The position numbers and the translations under genes are program-made. Below are positions 11,735-25,252 of a DNA stretch of 64,000 bases, one piece after another (the stretch's first letter is position 1; each line of letters starts with the position of its first letter). The notes beneath the pieces are model-generated. The model was not told the DNA's origin. It saw nothing but the letters and a program-made list of their open reading frames with translations, and made no database searches. This stretch comes from Octopus vulgaris (lineage: Eukaryota), in assembly GCA_951406725.2 (NCBI GenBank), contig OX597815.1, positions 186,682,001 through 186,746,000 of the forward strand, given 5' to 3'.

Positions 11735-13369
11735 CATAAAATCCTTGAAAATAGTGAAACTAATGTGTGGACAAGCAGTAATACAAATTTTCAAACGGTA
11801 GTTTAAATGCTATGCAATGCAGCATCACAGGAGTCTAGTGTCTGGAGAGATTAAATATTTATCTGTGCTATCTTAATAGATTGGGAATCGTAAGACTGAA
11901 GGATAGTTACTACAACATTGAAGAGTAAGAGAAAATGATGATGTAGTGAGGTCGAACGAGCGGTGACAAATGTCATTGGATTGTTGGGGCTACTGTTATA
12001 TGGGGAAATAAAACAAAGTAAATATTCTTTACCAAGAGAAAGTGAGAAAGAATTTGCACAACAGAGCTTGTGTTAACAGAAGTTTGGTTCAAATATACGT
12101 GTACACTTTTTTGCTTTATATTTTGCTTCACTTATATTTCAGATCATTTTACAGTAACGTGCTAAATTCGGTAAAATAATGTTTCGGCAAGCATGTTTAA
12201 ATTCTACTTTTCTTTTCGGTTTCTGAGTAAATAAGTAAATAATTACAAAACTAAACGAATACTGATAATAAAGCGAAACGGAAATAGCTCAACATGTCCG
12301 TTTCATTTGTAAATATTAGTTCTTATAAAGTAGCATTACAAAGCATTGGCGATATCATATTTATTACAATTGTTACTGAAGAACACTGACTGATATGCAG
12401 CGGGTTTTGTCTTCACTTTCGTGGGGAGCTAATTACTTCATTCATACAACGCAGCGGGAGGCCTTCATTGCATTAAAGAATTGGTAAATAGGAGTTATTT
12501 AAAGAAAATACTGTATGGATTTCATATTCGTTATTGACGATTGAAACTTGAGAAGTCATTTACGACCATCTCTTACAATAATTCGATTTATCAGTGAAAA
12601 TAAAGGAATTACTCAAGCTGTGTGTATTATGTATGTTATCTGGATAAATTTTAAAATCATTAAAAAAAGAAACAGAATGAACACAAAGGAAAAATCACGT
12701 GCCACAACTGATTATGTGGTTCAGAAATTTGGATCGCAAGACCGAAACTCAAGGCTTGATCTCAATGCAACATACACTTGGAAAATGAATTCAAAGTCTC
12801 AGGGCATCTAATACGTTTTAAGGGAAACTGTGCGGAATATAGAAATACAATCTATTGTATATGTGTCTGTGTGAGTGAGTACGCTCGTGTGTATGTTCGG
12901 GTGTTATATCAGCAATGAAAGATAAATGGCATAACTGAATAATAATACTTTGTGACACTGAAACGAGTAGGCAACTTCCCATAATAATTTTATATGAACT
13001 TATTCTATCTATACTCGAAAACTAGACCCATATTTACAAAATAGCTTATGGGCAAACATTAAGATACGCAATCCATGGATGGAATTTATATAGTAATGCA
13101 TCGCTACGCGCGTTTCTACATGTCAAATATTTCTTACCTTATATCGACTAACTCAGTACAACCCCATAAAACTGCTGTTGCAAATTGGTGTGATTAGGCT
13201 GTAGCCGACAAAATAACATATGAGCTTTTATATGTTTACTCGAAAACGTCTCCTCTTAACGAAATTGAAGGATATATATGGCTTAATGGTTACAGCGTGG
13301 AGCTTACGATCGTGAGATTGTGAGTTCGATCCCTAGACCGGTTGCCATGATAGATCGTTAGCCACTACA

Positions 13370-13530
13370 CACATTTTTTTCTCTCCTTGTTTTTTTCTGT
13401 GTACCTTTCCGTAGAAAAGCGGAGGCTCGAAACGTAAAATACTTTTTCTATTCCTGAGCGTTATACTAATACATCTGTTTGTTTTGTACACCACCTGTCT
13501 TCGTCTTTTGATTTTTCGTAAACTTTCCCT
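13370..13530 (+). mobile_element. Short pLTR-like module with variant hammerhead (13406-13439)
   Basis: TTT-CCGTAGA-A-aAGC-ggag-GCTC-GAAACGTA-AAA. Homologous to 63855-63985 and ends in (TA)n. Confidence 0.55.
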
Positions 13531-13549
13531 ATATATATATATATATATA

Positions 13550-13843
13550 CGCAACGCAACGCAACGTGACCGACCAGACCATCAGATGTTGTTACACATC
13601 GCTGGTCACAATGCGTTCGCATTGTTTTAGCCTTCGAATGACGCCACCCCGCTGGCTAAGCGAGCAGAAGAAAGAGTAGGAGAAAGAGTGGTGAAAGAGT
13701 ACAGCAGGGATCACCACCCCTGCCGGCGCCTCGTGGAGCTTTTAGGTGTTTTCGCTCAATAAACACACACAACGCCCGGTCTGGGAATCGAAACCGCCAT
13801 CCTACGACCGCGAGTCCGCTGCCCTAACCACTAGGCCATTGCG
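13550..13843 (-). mobile_element. SINE with family C head and a distinct tail ending (GTTGC)n
   Basis: Head cgcaatggcctagtggttagggcagcggactcgcgg...ggtttcgattccc is shared with 20172-20562; the 3' ~120 nt differ. Confidence 0.85.
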
Positions 13844-13931
<88 letters not shown>

Positions 13932-14004
13932 GTACATACATACATACATACATACATACGTATACGTACATACTTACATGTATACGTATATCATATGCAT
14001 ATGT

Positions 14005-14130
14005 GAGCACATCTAGAAACCTTGCCAGATTAGATTGGATCTCGGTGCACCCCACTGGCTTTCCTGTCCTCAGTTTAACCGTCCAACCTATTGTAGCATG
14101 GAAAGCGGACGTGAAACGATGATGATGATG
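14005..14130 (+). mobile_element. 3' end of a retroposon with (GAT)n tail
   Basis: ccgtccaacctattgtagcatggaaagcggacgtgaaacgatgatgatgatg. The short-repeat tail is typical of RTE-type 3' ends. Confidence 0.55.
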
Positions 14131-14161
14131 TATATACACTTATACATACATATATATATAG

Positions 14162-14291
14162 AGACACACCTTCTGTGCCCTTCTGATATTTGCAAAGGAA
14201 GGTCATCCCCTCTCGAAAACCTAAGTGATACATTTTTCGAGAGGGGATGACCTCCCTTTGCAAATATCAGAAGGGCACAGAAAGTGTGTCT
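14162..14291. repeat. Near-perfect inverted repeat (58-bp arms, 14-nt loop)
   Basis: 14162-14219 matches the reverse complement of 14234-14291 at 56/58. Confidence 0.95.
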
Positions 14292-14423
14292 AAAGGCAGC
14301 TGGAGACGACGATCTCCTGGGGGCTAAAAGCTTCAGTAACACCCACCCCCAGTGGCTAGCCACATTCAGATGGCTAGTACACTTTACGTTGTCGAGCGGT
14401 TACTGTTTACATCTCGTTCGGAG

Positions 14424-14471
<48 letters not shown>

Positions 14472-15208
14472 GTATGTATGTATGTATGTATGTATACATA
14501 TGTCTGTGTATGTATGTATGTATGTATGTATACATATGTCTGTGTATGTACGTACGTACGTTTACATGTATGAATGTACGTATACTTGTTTCTGGTTATC
14601 AATGTTATCACCGCAGATGATAGAGTTATGATAGTCACTTTTATTTGTTTGTCGTATACGAGTTCTTCCATTATAATCCATTGCTATCCAGTTGCAATTG
14701 GTTGGCATTTCTAGCTTGTCGAGTAACATCAACCAAAGATTGAAATATATATGTATATCAGCGCAAATGAAAGCTCCAATTTATAACACACCTATTCAAT
14801 TTTTTTTCACTTTATCTTTATTTACTTTCAACATATTCTTAACATCTGTTTCCATTCCGATTACATTTTTACTAATTTTTTTGCTTTTTTAACATTAGCC
14901 TATATTTTTTTTTCACTCAGCAGCACATTCCTATCACATATGGAGATATTCCCTCTATATTTTATCTTTGCCAATCCCATTTCTCGTTCCATGCGTAATT
15001 TTATTTATCCAGTGTATATTCACTTAATTCCACGTTATCTGTTTGCATATTTTAACTTCAAACATTTATCTCTTGCATTTGCTAACTCTCACTCATCACT
15101 TTCACTCTCGTCAATCATTCATCACAACATTTATATTTTATATCTATCTATTCCATCATTGCCTTACATAGTTTGTTTTTTTTTTCTATTTGTTATTAAA
15201 TTATTTTC

Positions 15209-15608
15209 TGGTGGTGAGCTAGCAGAATCGATAGCACGCCGGGCGAAATGCTTGGCGATATTTCGTCAGCCGATAAGTTCTGAGTTCAAATTCCGCCGAG
15301 GTCGACTTTGCTTTTCATCCTTTCGGGGTCGATTAAATAAGTACAAGTTACGCACTGGGGTCGATATAATCGACTTAATCTGTCTGTATGTACTTGTTTG
15401 TTTCCTCTGTGTTTAACCCCTTGTGGGTAGTAAAGAAATAGAAATAAGGTATTTCGTCTGTCTTCGTGTTCTGAGTTCAAATTCCTCAGATGTCGACTTT
15501 GCCGTTCATCCCTTCGGGGTCGATGAAATAAGTAGCAGCCGAGTGCTAGGGTCGACGTAATCGACTATCCCCTAAATTTCAGGCCTTGTATCTATAGCAG
15601 AAAGGATT
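15209..15608 (+). mobile_element. SINE family A dimer (A2 + older A1-like unit)
   Basis: Head, core, A2 tail, junction to ggtatttcgtc at 15448, second core and tail. Confidence 0.88.
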
Positions 15609-16039
15609 GCTAAAATATTTGGAATGTTGTCTATTTTCAGAATCGTTCGAGCGTTAGCCTTGCAGTATTTTTGATTTGTTACATTCTGAGGTCAAACCCC
15701 GCCAAGGCTACCTCTACCCTTCATTCTTTCCCCAATATTTGCCTATGTTAGAAAGAACTATTAAAATTCTGTCATTAATTCTACATGAAGCTACATTAGA
15801 TAAAAAATCATTTATAATGTATTTACAAACATAAAAAAGCGCTTATCGGATTTTGTCGAAGAGTATCTTTGGAGACTTTGTGTTAACGGCACAGATTGCA
15901 CCGAATGACGTCATCGGAGATTCAGACACCAGGTTTTAGCTTAATTTTTGCCTCCAAAGTCATTGGTCTCCCACTGTCATTTGGAGGTAGAGTGGAACGA
16001 AACATTTTCTCATTTCTTTGGAACTTGTCCAACTTAACA

Positions 16040-16285
16040 GTTGCGATGACTGTGCTTTCAGTCGATCTGATCAACGGAATAGCCCGCTCGTGAAATTAAC
16101 TTGCAAGTGACTGAGCACTCCACAAACACGTGTACCCTTAACGTAGTTCTCAGGGAGATTCAGCATATCACAGAGTGTGACAAGGCTGCCTCTTTGAAAT
16201 GCTAGTACTACTCATTTTTTACCAGCTGAGTGGACTGGAACAACAAGAAATAAAAGCGTCATGCTCAAGGACAGAACACGCCGTC
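16040..16285 (-). mobile_element. SINE with CORE-like middle and the same tail as 20172-20562
   Basis: Reverse complement has gtccttgagcatgacgc...cagtccactcagctgg, then gagaactacgttaagggtacacgtg...aatttcacgag as in 20430-20490. Confidence 0.75.
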
Positions 16286-16876
16286 AGAAATCCACAAAGC
16301 CACGAATAACCTAACACTATGTTAAGTTGCTATACGCGACTGAAACGGCCAAAATGGGGTTTTAATTCAGCAATTGTTCTCAGTTCTTAACCAAAGATCT
16401 CACTAGACCTCTGCGTTTATATTTTTTCAGATTATAATCCCTTAAAATAAACATTTCTTCTCAACAATAATTACTACTCTAACATTTTCTCCTCTCCTTA
16501 TTTTCAATAATTGTCACCTTCCTCTCTGCGCCTTTCAACATATTATTTTATGCTCCACAGTAACTACTTACTCTGCTTTCTTTTTTACTTCCCGCTCAGT
16601 TATATACATAGGTCATATTAACAAATAAATTATACTATCAGTAGAAGAACCTCAATAAGAACATTCATCCCCCCCCCTTCCACTTCACTATATGTTCGAT
16701 ATTTAACTGTGTATTTTTTCCAAATGTGTCTGCTAAATATTCTTTACGTTGTTTCTCCGTTACGTTAGTTTGACAAGACAGAATCAAACCAATCTGCATA
16801 TATTATGAATATATTTACTATTGATTGTTTTTCCTCTTTTGCATCCTTTTCTTTGAGATTAGCCACCATTTTTACA

Positions 16877-17332
<456 letters not shown>

Positions 17333-18017
17333 GTTTGTATGCACACACATATTTGTATAAATAGTATTTCCCTGTAGTGGCCTCTTTCTTTCAATATTTT
17401 TCAAATCTGCTATCGTTCTTTCCATTCAGTTTTTGCTCTGACAGTTGCACATTTCATTCGCTAATTTTTGTTGCCTTCACCAGCTGACATTTCTGTTCTC
17501 TAAGGTTTCTACTCGAAACCTTTGGCTTCTTTTTTTCCTCGGGATGTAAACTTTATTTCACTCTTTGAATTAATAACGTTTAGATAGACTTTAAAAAATA
17601 ATACTGATAATGGATAAGTTACCTGCTGGTTTTCAAAATTCAGTAAACATGTTTCTCATAACTTTTATATCCCAAATTGTACAACAAAACTATATATTTT
17701 TGCTGAGATGACTTTATAGTTATGATCAATTTTTTTTAATATTTTCTCATCCGTGGATGTGTTATCAATAAATGTTTCGATCGATATTCTTGGCAATACT
17801 CTACCGATTATATTCTTGAGCTAAGGAATTGAGAAACAATGTTTCGAAATTCAATTGCCGGCCTGATTCAGGAATGAAGTTTGATGACAAGTGAAATAAA
17901 TTCTGCGAAAAACTTTCTCTTAGCAACACATCCAAGGTGAAGGCATGGCTTGAAAATCAGATATCACTAAAAACCCCTTTACTTCATCGACATTTCTTGT
18001 TAGATATATATTTGATT

Positions 18018-19857
18018 GATGGCCCCCTCCCCAAAAAGTTCGGGCCTTGTGCCTAGAGTAGAAAGGAATATATATTTGATTAATGGCGGCGAGCTATCAG
18101 AAACTTTAGCGCGCCGGTCGAAATGCTTAGCGGCTTTGTTAGGTGTGGTTAATGCTGTGGTGTATTCTTGGAATACGTGATGGTGGCAGGAGCAAAAGTT
18201 AATCGTGAAAAGTCAGTTGGCTTGCAGCTCGGCACCTGGAGAGGCAAGTCGATGCCTCCTGACAGCGTTTAAGTTGCTAGGAGTCTGGTTTGGATCAGGC
18301 CTTCAAATAAAGAAGAACTGGTTCGAGGTAGCGAGCAGGGTGGCCCACGTAGCCAAGACCTGGTCTGTACGGTGGCTATCCCTGAAAGGGAGGGCACAAG
18401 AGGCGAATGTGTTCATCGCATCGGTCATCACCTACCGCCTAACCGTCGTTCCCTGCCCTGATTCGTGGTTGGGCAAGCTGGAAAGACAGCTCTTCCGCTT
18501 CTTGGAGAAGGGCTCGAATCCGCTTGTGAGACGCTCTATTTGCTGCCAACAACCTTTAAAGGGTGGGCTAGGGATGCCTTGGCTGTTGATGCGCAGGCAC
18601 GCGCTGAGGTTGAGGCATCTGTGGCTCCATCTCGATGATGATCGGATGTGGTCTCCGCTGGCGAAAGTTCATTTGTTTCGGTGGACTGGATACTTGGTTC
18701 TATCGTAGATCGAAGTTGGGTACATGGTTTACGGAGTGTCATAAGGCTCTCCGGATATTCTATCTCTCGGACAATGCCTGCGGCAGTGGTTCTACCACAT
18801 TCTTTTTATTTAAAACAAATAAAATAATAACAAATATAAAATCAATTATATGTTTTGGTAGAGGCGCAATGTGACGATACCTTGAGGGAAGCCCTAGGTC
18901 TCGATGATAATCAGCTGGCCAGTCTGTTCCAACGTACATTCGGGCCGAAGACGCTGGATAACTTCCAGAAATCTTTGGCATGGCAATGTTACCGAGGAGC
19001 CCAACCTGTCTGGGACAAGCTCGCAAGGCATGGTGGCCCTGACCCACTGATCTGTCCAAGATGTGGGCGGGACAGGGAAACCGTCCCGCACGCTATTGTT
19101 CAGTGTTCGGAGGTGTCAGATGTGTGGGTTTATGCTGAGCAACTGTTCTCAAGTACAGGAATCGACTGAGTCAATAGTAAAAATTGACTCACCGGATTTC
19201 CTATCGAAAGAAGGTAAGAATTGCTTTCTCATCGTAGTAGCAATTACGAGTGAGGTGGTTTGGAAGACGCGAATGAGAGGGTTAATAGGCATTTTTATCT
19301 CTGACCCTAGCTTGGTGAATTTCTTCACCTCCACCTAAGAAGGCAAATAGGGTTAGAGAGAAAATGCCTGTATGCGAAAATGTTCCAAGATCGATAGAAG
19401 AATGTCGCACGAATGTTGCGTGTGGGTGGAACCGCGTGAATACAATGCAGGAAGAACCCAAAGCAACACTGATGAGGCGGGGCTCGTGGGATCCGAGCAT
19501 ATCCTGCCTCCCTACTCCTTTCTGTATTGTTGTCTTGTATATAATATTATTCGAACTATTCCTATTTATGTAAAATTTTTAAATCCATCTTTTTGTTAAC
19601 TCATACGATAAATCTGACCCCATATCAGATTGTACTGTCCCCTCTTTGTTGTCCCTTCGTGGGAAATAAGAAATTTTGCGAAATGCTTTGCGGTATTTCG
19701 TCTGTCTTTATGTTCTGAGTTCAAATTCCCCCGAGGTCAACTTTCCCTTTCATCCTTTCGGGGTCGATAAATTAAGTACTAGTTGCGTACGTGGGTGGAT
19801 GTAATCGACAGGCCCCCTCCCCCAAAATTTCGGGCCTTGTGCCGAGAGTAGAAAAGA
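18018..19857 (+). mobile_element. SINE A1 3' fragment plus a full SINE A1 that hosts the LINE insertion
   Basis: Fragment 18018-18067. Host head 18085-18133 resumes at 19679-19857. atatatatttgatt occurs at 18004, 18068 and 19858. Confidence 0.88.
18134..19678 (+). mobile_element. L1/Tx1-clade LINE, 5'-truncated and frameshifted ORF2 with 3' UTR
   Basis: Frames give AGAKVNREKS (RT end), KLLGVWF...WSVRWLSLKGRAQEANVFIAS...KGGLGMP, and the CCHC knuckle CPRCGRDRETVPHAIVQC. 15-bp TSD cgaaatgctt(a/t)gcgg (18119-18133/19679-19693). Confidence 0.9.
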
Positions 19858-20171
19858 ATATATATTTGATTAGCTTCGGAATTGTAATTAAGTTTAATAA
19901 TTGGTAGTGATAATTGTAGAACGAAATTTTGTGGATGACATTTACAAATTTAATGAATCAAAAAAGATCGAACTGTCTAATCTAAACCTTATTACAAGTC
20001 TTAATTTGCTTTGATGCTGCAGAAGCTTAGTCAGAGGAACAGAAGTACACATGACATTTTTGGAAAGGTTATCTGATTGCACTTGAAACGAATGAAAATA
20101 TTGAGAGTTCAAATACTTGCAACAAAGTGAACTTCAGAAAACCAACTCAAGAATTTAGTTATGTTAGTGGA

Positions 20172-20562
20172 GGAGGCGCAATGGCCCAGTGGTTAGGGCA
20201 GCGGACTCGCGGTCATAGGATCGCGGTTTCGATTCCCAGACCGGGCGTTGTGAGTGTTTATTGAGCTAAAACACCTAAAGCTCCACGACGCTCCGGCAGG
20301 GGATGGTGGTGATCCCTGCTGTACTCTTTCACCACAACTTTCTCTCACTCTTACTTCCTGTTTCTGTTGTACCTGTATTTCAAAGGGCCGGCCTTGTCAC
20401 TCTCTGTGTCACGCTGAATATCCCCGAGAACTACGTTAAGGGTACACGTGTCTGTGGAGTGCTCAGCCACTTACACGTTAATTTCACGAGTAGGCTGTTC
20501 CATTGAAGAATTCGGATCAACCGGAACCCTCGTCGTCGTCGTAACCGACGGAGTGCTTCCAG
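20172..20562 (+). mobile_element. SINE family C, full length
   Basis: tRNA-like head with A box tggcccagtgg and B box ggtttcgattcc. 12-bp TSD tatgttagtgga (20160-20171/20563-20574). Confidence 0.92.
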
Positions 20563-21259
20563 TATGTTAGTGGAACCTTCCGTCATCTCCTTCAAAGCCA
20601 AATGCTGTATAACTGAGAATCTGTTCTTTGAAAAATAAGAAAATTGATTTTTAACGTACAAAATCTTAAAGTCTTTATCGTTGCCTCTATTCTATCTTTG
20701 GGCATCAGAGACAAATTAATTGAATAGTTTGTTTTGTTTTTTAAAGAAAGAAATTGTTTTTTCAAAGAAAGGTTTTTTTTGCGGGAGATTCGGTTGTTGT
20801 GTCTAGCAGGATTAGTTCCTTTGTTGATTCTCCATTGAAAGTTACTATCGAAATTGATTTGTAAACGTTTCCAACTGAAAAAAGCATAGAATAAAAGGAA
20901 AACTACTGAAAGTGCAAATCGCGACGGAAACTGATCTTTTGAGTCAAATGCATTAACAAAACAACGAATTGGATTCTTAAGACAGCACTTAATACTTGAT
21001 CTTCATAAAATAAGTGATAATTTAAACTCGGATCCGAAGGTTAACAAATCAGTTACTAAAATTATATGAGTAATGGCGGTGCTCTAGTATGGCCGCAGTC
21101 AAATGACTGAAACAAATAATAGAATAAAAGAGTAAAAGAATGGAGAGGCAGAAACGTGGAATTTCCTTCCAGTATTTAATTAACACTACGTCTGTACCAA
21201 GTTTATATCTCATTAGGTTCTTTCTTACCTTGTATCCAATTGCTGCAACAATAAATACC

Positions 21260-21639
21260 TATTTCTTTACTACCAACAAGGGGCTAAACACAGAGGGGAC
21301 AAACAAGAACAGACAAACGGATTGAGTCGATTACATCGACCCCAGTGGTACTTAATTTATCGACCCCGAAAGGACGAAAGGCAAAGTCAACCTCGGCGGA
21401 ATTTGAACTCAGAACGTTACGGCAGACGAAATACGGCTACGCATTTCGCCCGGCGTGCTAACGTTTCTGCTAGCTCGCCGCCTTCAAGTCAGCAGAAGTT
21501 CGCCATTACCTTCTGCCGGAGCCGCGTGGAGCTTAGGTATTTCGCTCATAAACACACACATCGCCCGGTCTGAGATTCGAACCCACGATCTCTCGATCGC
21601 GAGTCCGCTACTCTAACCACTAGGCCATGTATCTCCACT
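21260..21639 (-). mobile_element. Chimeric retrocopy: family C-type head fused to a complete SINE A2
   Basis: One 16-bp TSD tgcaacaataaatacc (21244-21259/21640-21655) encloses both parts. Confidence 0.85.
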
Positions 21640-22491
21640 TGCAACAATAAATACCAATTAAGTACTGGAATTGATTGGATCGAATATAGTCTCCTCCCAA
21701 ATCTGTGGCCTCACACTTAAGTAATTAATTATCATGATATATGCGTTATAATATTAATTAGACCCGCTTTTCATTCTACGCTGCCAAAGTGTTATGCAAA
21801 GCAACAGAGGTGGCGACTGACTAAATACTAAACTTTGCTTCATTGGTTGAGTATCTTTCAGTCGACTCGCCAGTATTTCAGCTAAGTACAACTCTGTCAA
21901 ATTTGTAAAACAATATTTTCCAGCTGACTGTTGCATTAATGCATTATATTTACAATAATTATATCTTCGAGATAATTGTTATCAGCTTCTATCCAACGTT
22001 TGTATTTTCTTCAGAACCTGTGAATTAGGTTGTCAGGAGAGAGTACAGCAATTACCTTAATTTAGATAAATTTTACGTTAAAATAACGACATGAATTGAG
22101 ATGTCAAAAGCAAGAGCAGAGATGACTTTGTCATTGTAGCTTATGATTGGTTGTAACGGACAGCGTTCAGGAAAAGATATGTGCTAGCTATTCACGTGTT
22201 AATTTTTGTGTGAGTTGATACCAAATAGTTTTCTTCTATAATAACTCTTTTGAACCGAATGATAAACGTTTTGATAAATTTCATGAAATCTTTTAAGTTC
22301 TTTTCCTCTTTAACTGTTGTAATATAAACATAATTTATGTTTTTAGTACATTAAAAAATTGATGATTTTACTTTTTAATAGAAGTTAACTATATAATTAT
22401 TCTGTGTAACATTAATCATTTGAAGCTCTTGGAGTTCTGTACAGCGTCTTTTATTAATGTAAGTTTCTTAAGTTTCGTCATAAATTTCTTA

Positions 22492-22694
22492 TCTATATAT
22501 ATACGTATAAAGCTGAAGTTATCTGTGTGTGTGTGGCAGGTTTGGTAGCCTTCAACTAACACTATCTCCCCCACTTAATTACAATTTTCACTTAAAGAGA
22601 ATAACAAGCTACATAATGCAAAATTTTTACTTTTCAAAAATTCCAATTCTAAAGGGTCGAAACAAACCCGAGTAACGCCGGGCGATACTGCTAG
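22492..22694 (+). mobile_element. Non-autonomous Helitron
   Basis: A|TCtatatatatac start and 3' acaaacccgagtaacgccgggcgatactgCTAG|T, nearly identical to the end of 8135-8530. Confidence 0.8.
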
Positions 22695-23655
22695 TTAATA
22701 ATAAACCAGGAAGTTAGAAAACTGTTGCTTCTTCCTGGAGAAAGCCAATTTTGCAACCTTATTGTTATAGTAATTCTGTAAACAAGAGCAGATATATTTA
22801 TAAGATAAATATACAGGTTGTTTATAGAATCGTATGGGTTGTGTAAAATCTAACCGTCAGTTACCAATTTCATTGCCATACATTTCGATCAGTGTTTACT
22901 CAAATTCGCATTAAAAGTTTTAAAATATCCCTGCATCTTCATATTCTGTAAATTTTAATTGAATTCTTTCAAATTTTGAATTAACTTCCATTTTTTTTTT
23001 CTAATTATCTTTTGCACATAATAATAGCAATCGATTTTCTCTATTGTAAAATTCGTTGCCTATAGGTCTTGCCTTTGGTTAAATTATGCAACAAAATCTG
23101 GAATGTATTTAATAATAGCATTAGATGTCTGTAAGTGTTAGCGGGGAATAAATTACGCACCAAAATACGTTGCTATTTTTGAGATGTTATTGGAAATTTT
23201 GTTTCAGTCTTCACGTTCATCATTTTGACGACAAAAACAAAACTGGTTTCCTTCTAAAAACCCAGAGAAAATGTTATATAATAATTCGAGAAAAAAAAAG
23301 CTACATAGAAATTGAGAATGCTAAAACAAACAGAAAATAAAAACACAATAGAGTTGTGCATATTTGAATTATGAGAAGCTGTATTTTCCCTTCACAGCGA
23401 AGAAATTCTTATGGTGGTGTATTTTTGTAGGTAGCAAAGTATAACCAAACCGAACTTTTACTATTTCATTTCCACACAATGCCGAAACCAAATAGAAGTA
23501 AAATAATGCCATTTTGATTTAAAAGAAAAATATACATGGTTACTTCACAGTTCATAAATTGAACAGAATGGTTAAAGTGTTTCCATGAATTGTTATAAAT
23601 TAAATTGAGCGCATCATATACAAGTCAAATCTACCGACAATATTTATTCCTTGAA

Positions 23656-24317
23656 GGCGGCGAGCTGGCAGAAACGTTAGCACGCCGGGCGAAATGCGTA
23701 GCCGTATTTCGTCTTCCGTTACGTTCTAAGTTCAAATTCCGCCGAGGTCGACTTTGCTTTCATCCTTTCGGGGTCGATAAATTAAGTACGAGCTACGCGT
23801 TGGGGTCGATATAATTGACTTAGTCCGTTTGTCTGTCCTTCTTTGTCCCCTCTGTGTGTAGCCTCTTGTGGGTAGTAAAGAAATAAGATACGTTGACACG
23901 CCGGGCGAAATGCTTAGCGGTATTTCATCTGTCTTTACGTTCTGACTTCAAATTCCGCTGCGGTCGACTTTGCCTTTCATCCTTTCGGGGTCGATAAATT
24001 AAGTACCATTTGCGTACTGCTGTCGATCTGATCGAGTGGCAACCACCCCCAAAATTTCGAGCCTTGTGCCTAGAGAAGAAAAGAATAGTTATTTCGTTAT
24101 TGCCCACAAGGAGTTAGACATAGAGGGGACAAACAAGGACAGACAAACGGATTAAGTCGATTACATCGACCCCAGTGCGTAACTGGTACTTAATTTATCG
24201 ACCCTGAAGGAATGAAAGGCAAAGTCGACCTCGGCGGAATTTGAACTCAGAACGTAACGGCAGACGACATACCGCTAAGCATTTCGCCCGGCGTGCTAAC
24301 GTTTCTGCCAGCTCGCC
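23656..24317. mobile_element. SINE A dimer (+, 23656-24088) abutting an inverted SINE A2 (-, 24090-24317)
   Basis: Head, core and tail motifs read directly on both strands. Confidence 0.88.
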
Positions 24318-24651
24318 TACCGACAAAGATATGTTCCGGGCAAGTAAATTAAACTGGGTAGAAAAGCGCATGCCTTACACATCTTGTTGCAATGAGTAAG
24401 GTTCCAGTACTGAAAGGAAATGTGAAAAAAGTTACACACTAAATGAGGTGGAATGAATATATTCCATCATGAATATAATACTTTGTGTGACATTCCAAAT
24501 ATTTATTATTTATGTATATATATTTTTGTTTACGTATATATTTTCGAGTTTACAATCAATTCAGTAGTTTGTGCATTTGCAACATTGAAACATTTATATT
24601 TAGATATTCCTTGTTAAACAGGACTTAATTTCATATCTCTCAAAATTCTTA

Positions 24652-24740
<89 letters not shown>

Positions 24741-24971
24741 CTTAATGATGAAATTAACCTCTCTGTTTATATATCTACCCTCTTTGTAATGTTAGCAAAT
24801 GAAATAAGTATACAAATGTGCATTATCCGTTTAATTAAAAAATTCTATATGTGGCTGAAGATTGCTCAACATTTTAAAACTGATGTAATACTTACAGTGC
24901 TTAATAAAATGAAGTAGCATGAAACGATTGTACTACACTACCTTGGATACCCTTGTTGCTTATTTTGATAT

Positions 24972-25018
<47 letters not shown>

Positions 25019-25192
25019 ATTCAAAGAAGGGGAGAAAGACAACAAGAGAGAGAGAGCGAAAGATCAGTCGATAGATAGACAGGCAGCAGACAGATACTTA
25101 GATGTCAATCGGACATTTACAAATCCTGTCTATTACAATCGGAAACTAGTGGCTTGCATTCGATTATTTAGCGATTATACTCACACATACAC

Positions 25193-25252
<60 letters not shown>

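Noticed and set aside
16765-16800. Decayed hammerhead (ttgacaagacagaatcaaaccaatc)
   Set aside because: It needs too many substitutions and has no stem I.
20172-20245. tRNA gene (also 13278-13348 and 60445-60517)
   Set aside because: These are tRNA-like SINE heads with no complete cloverleaf; most run directly into a SINE body.
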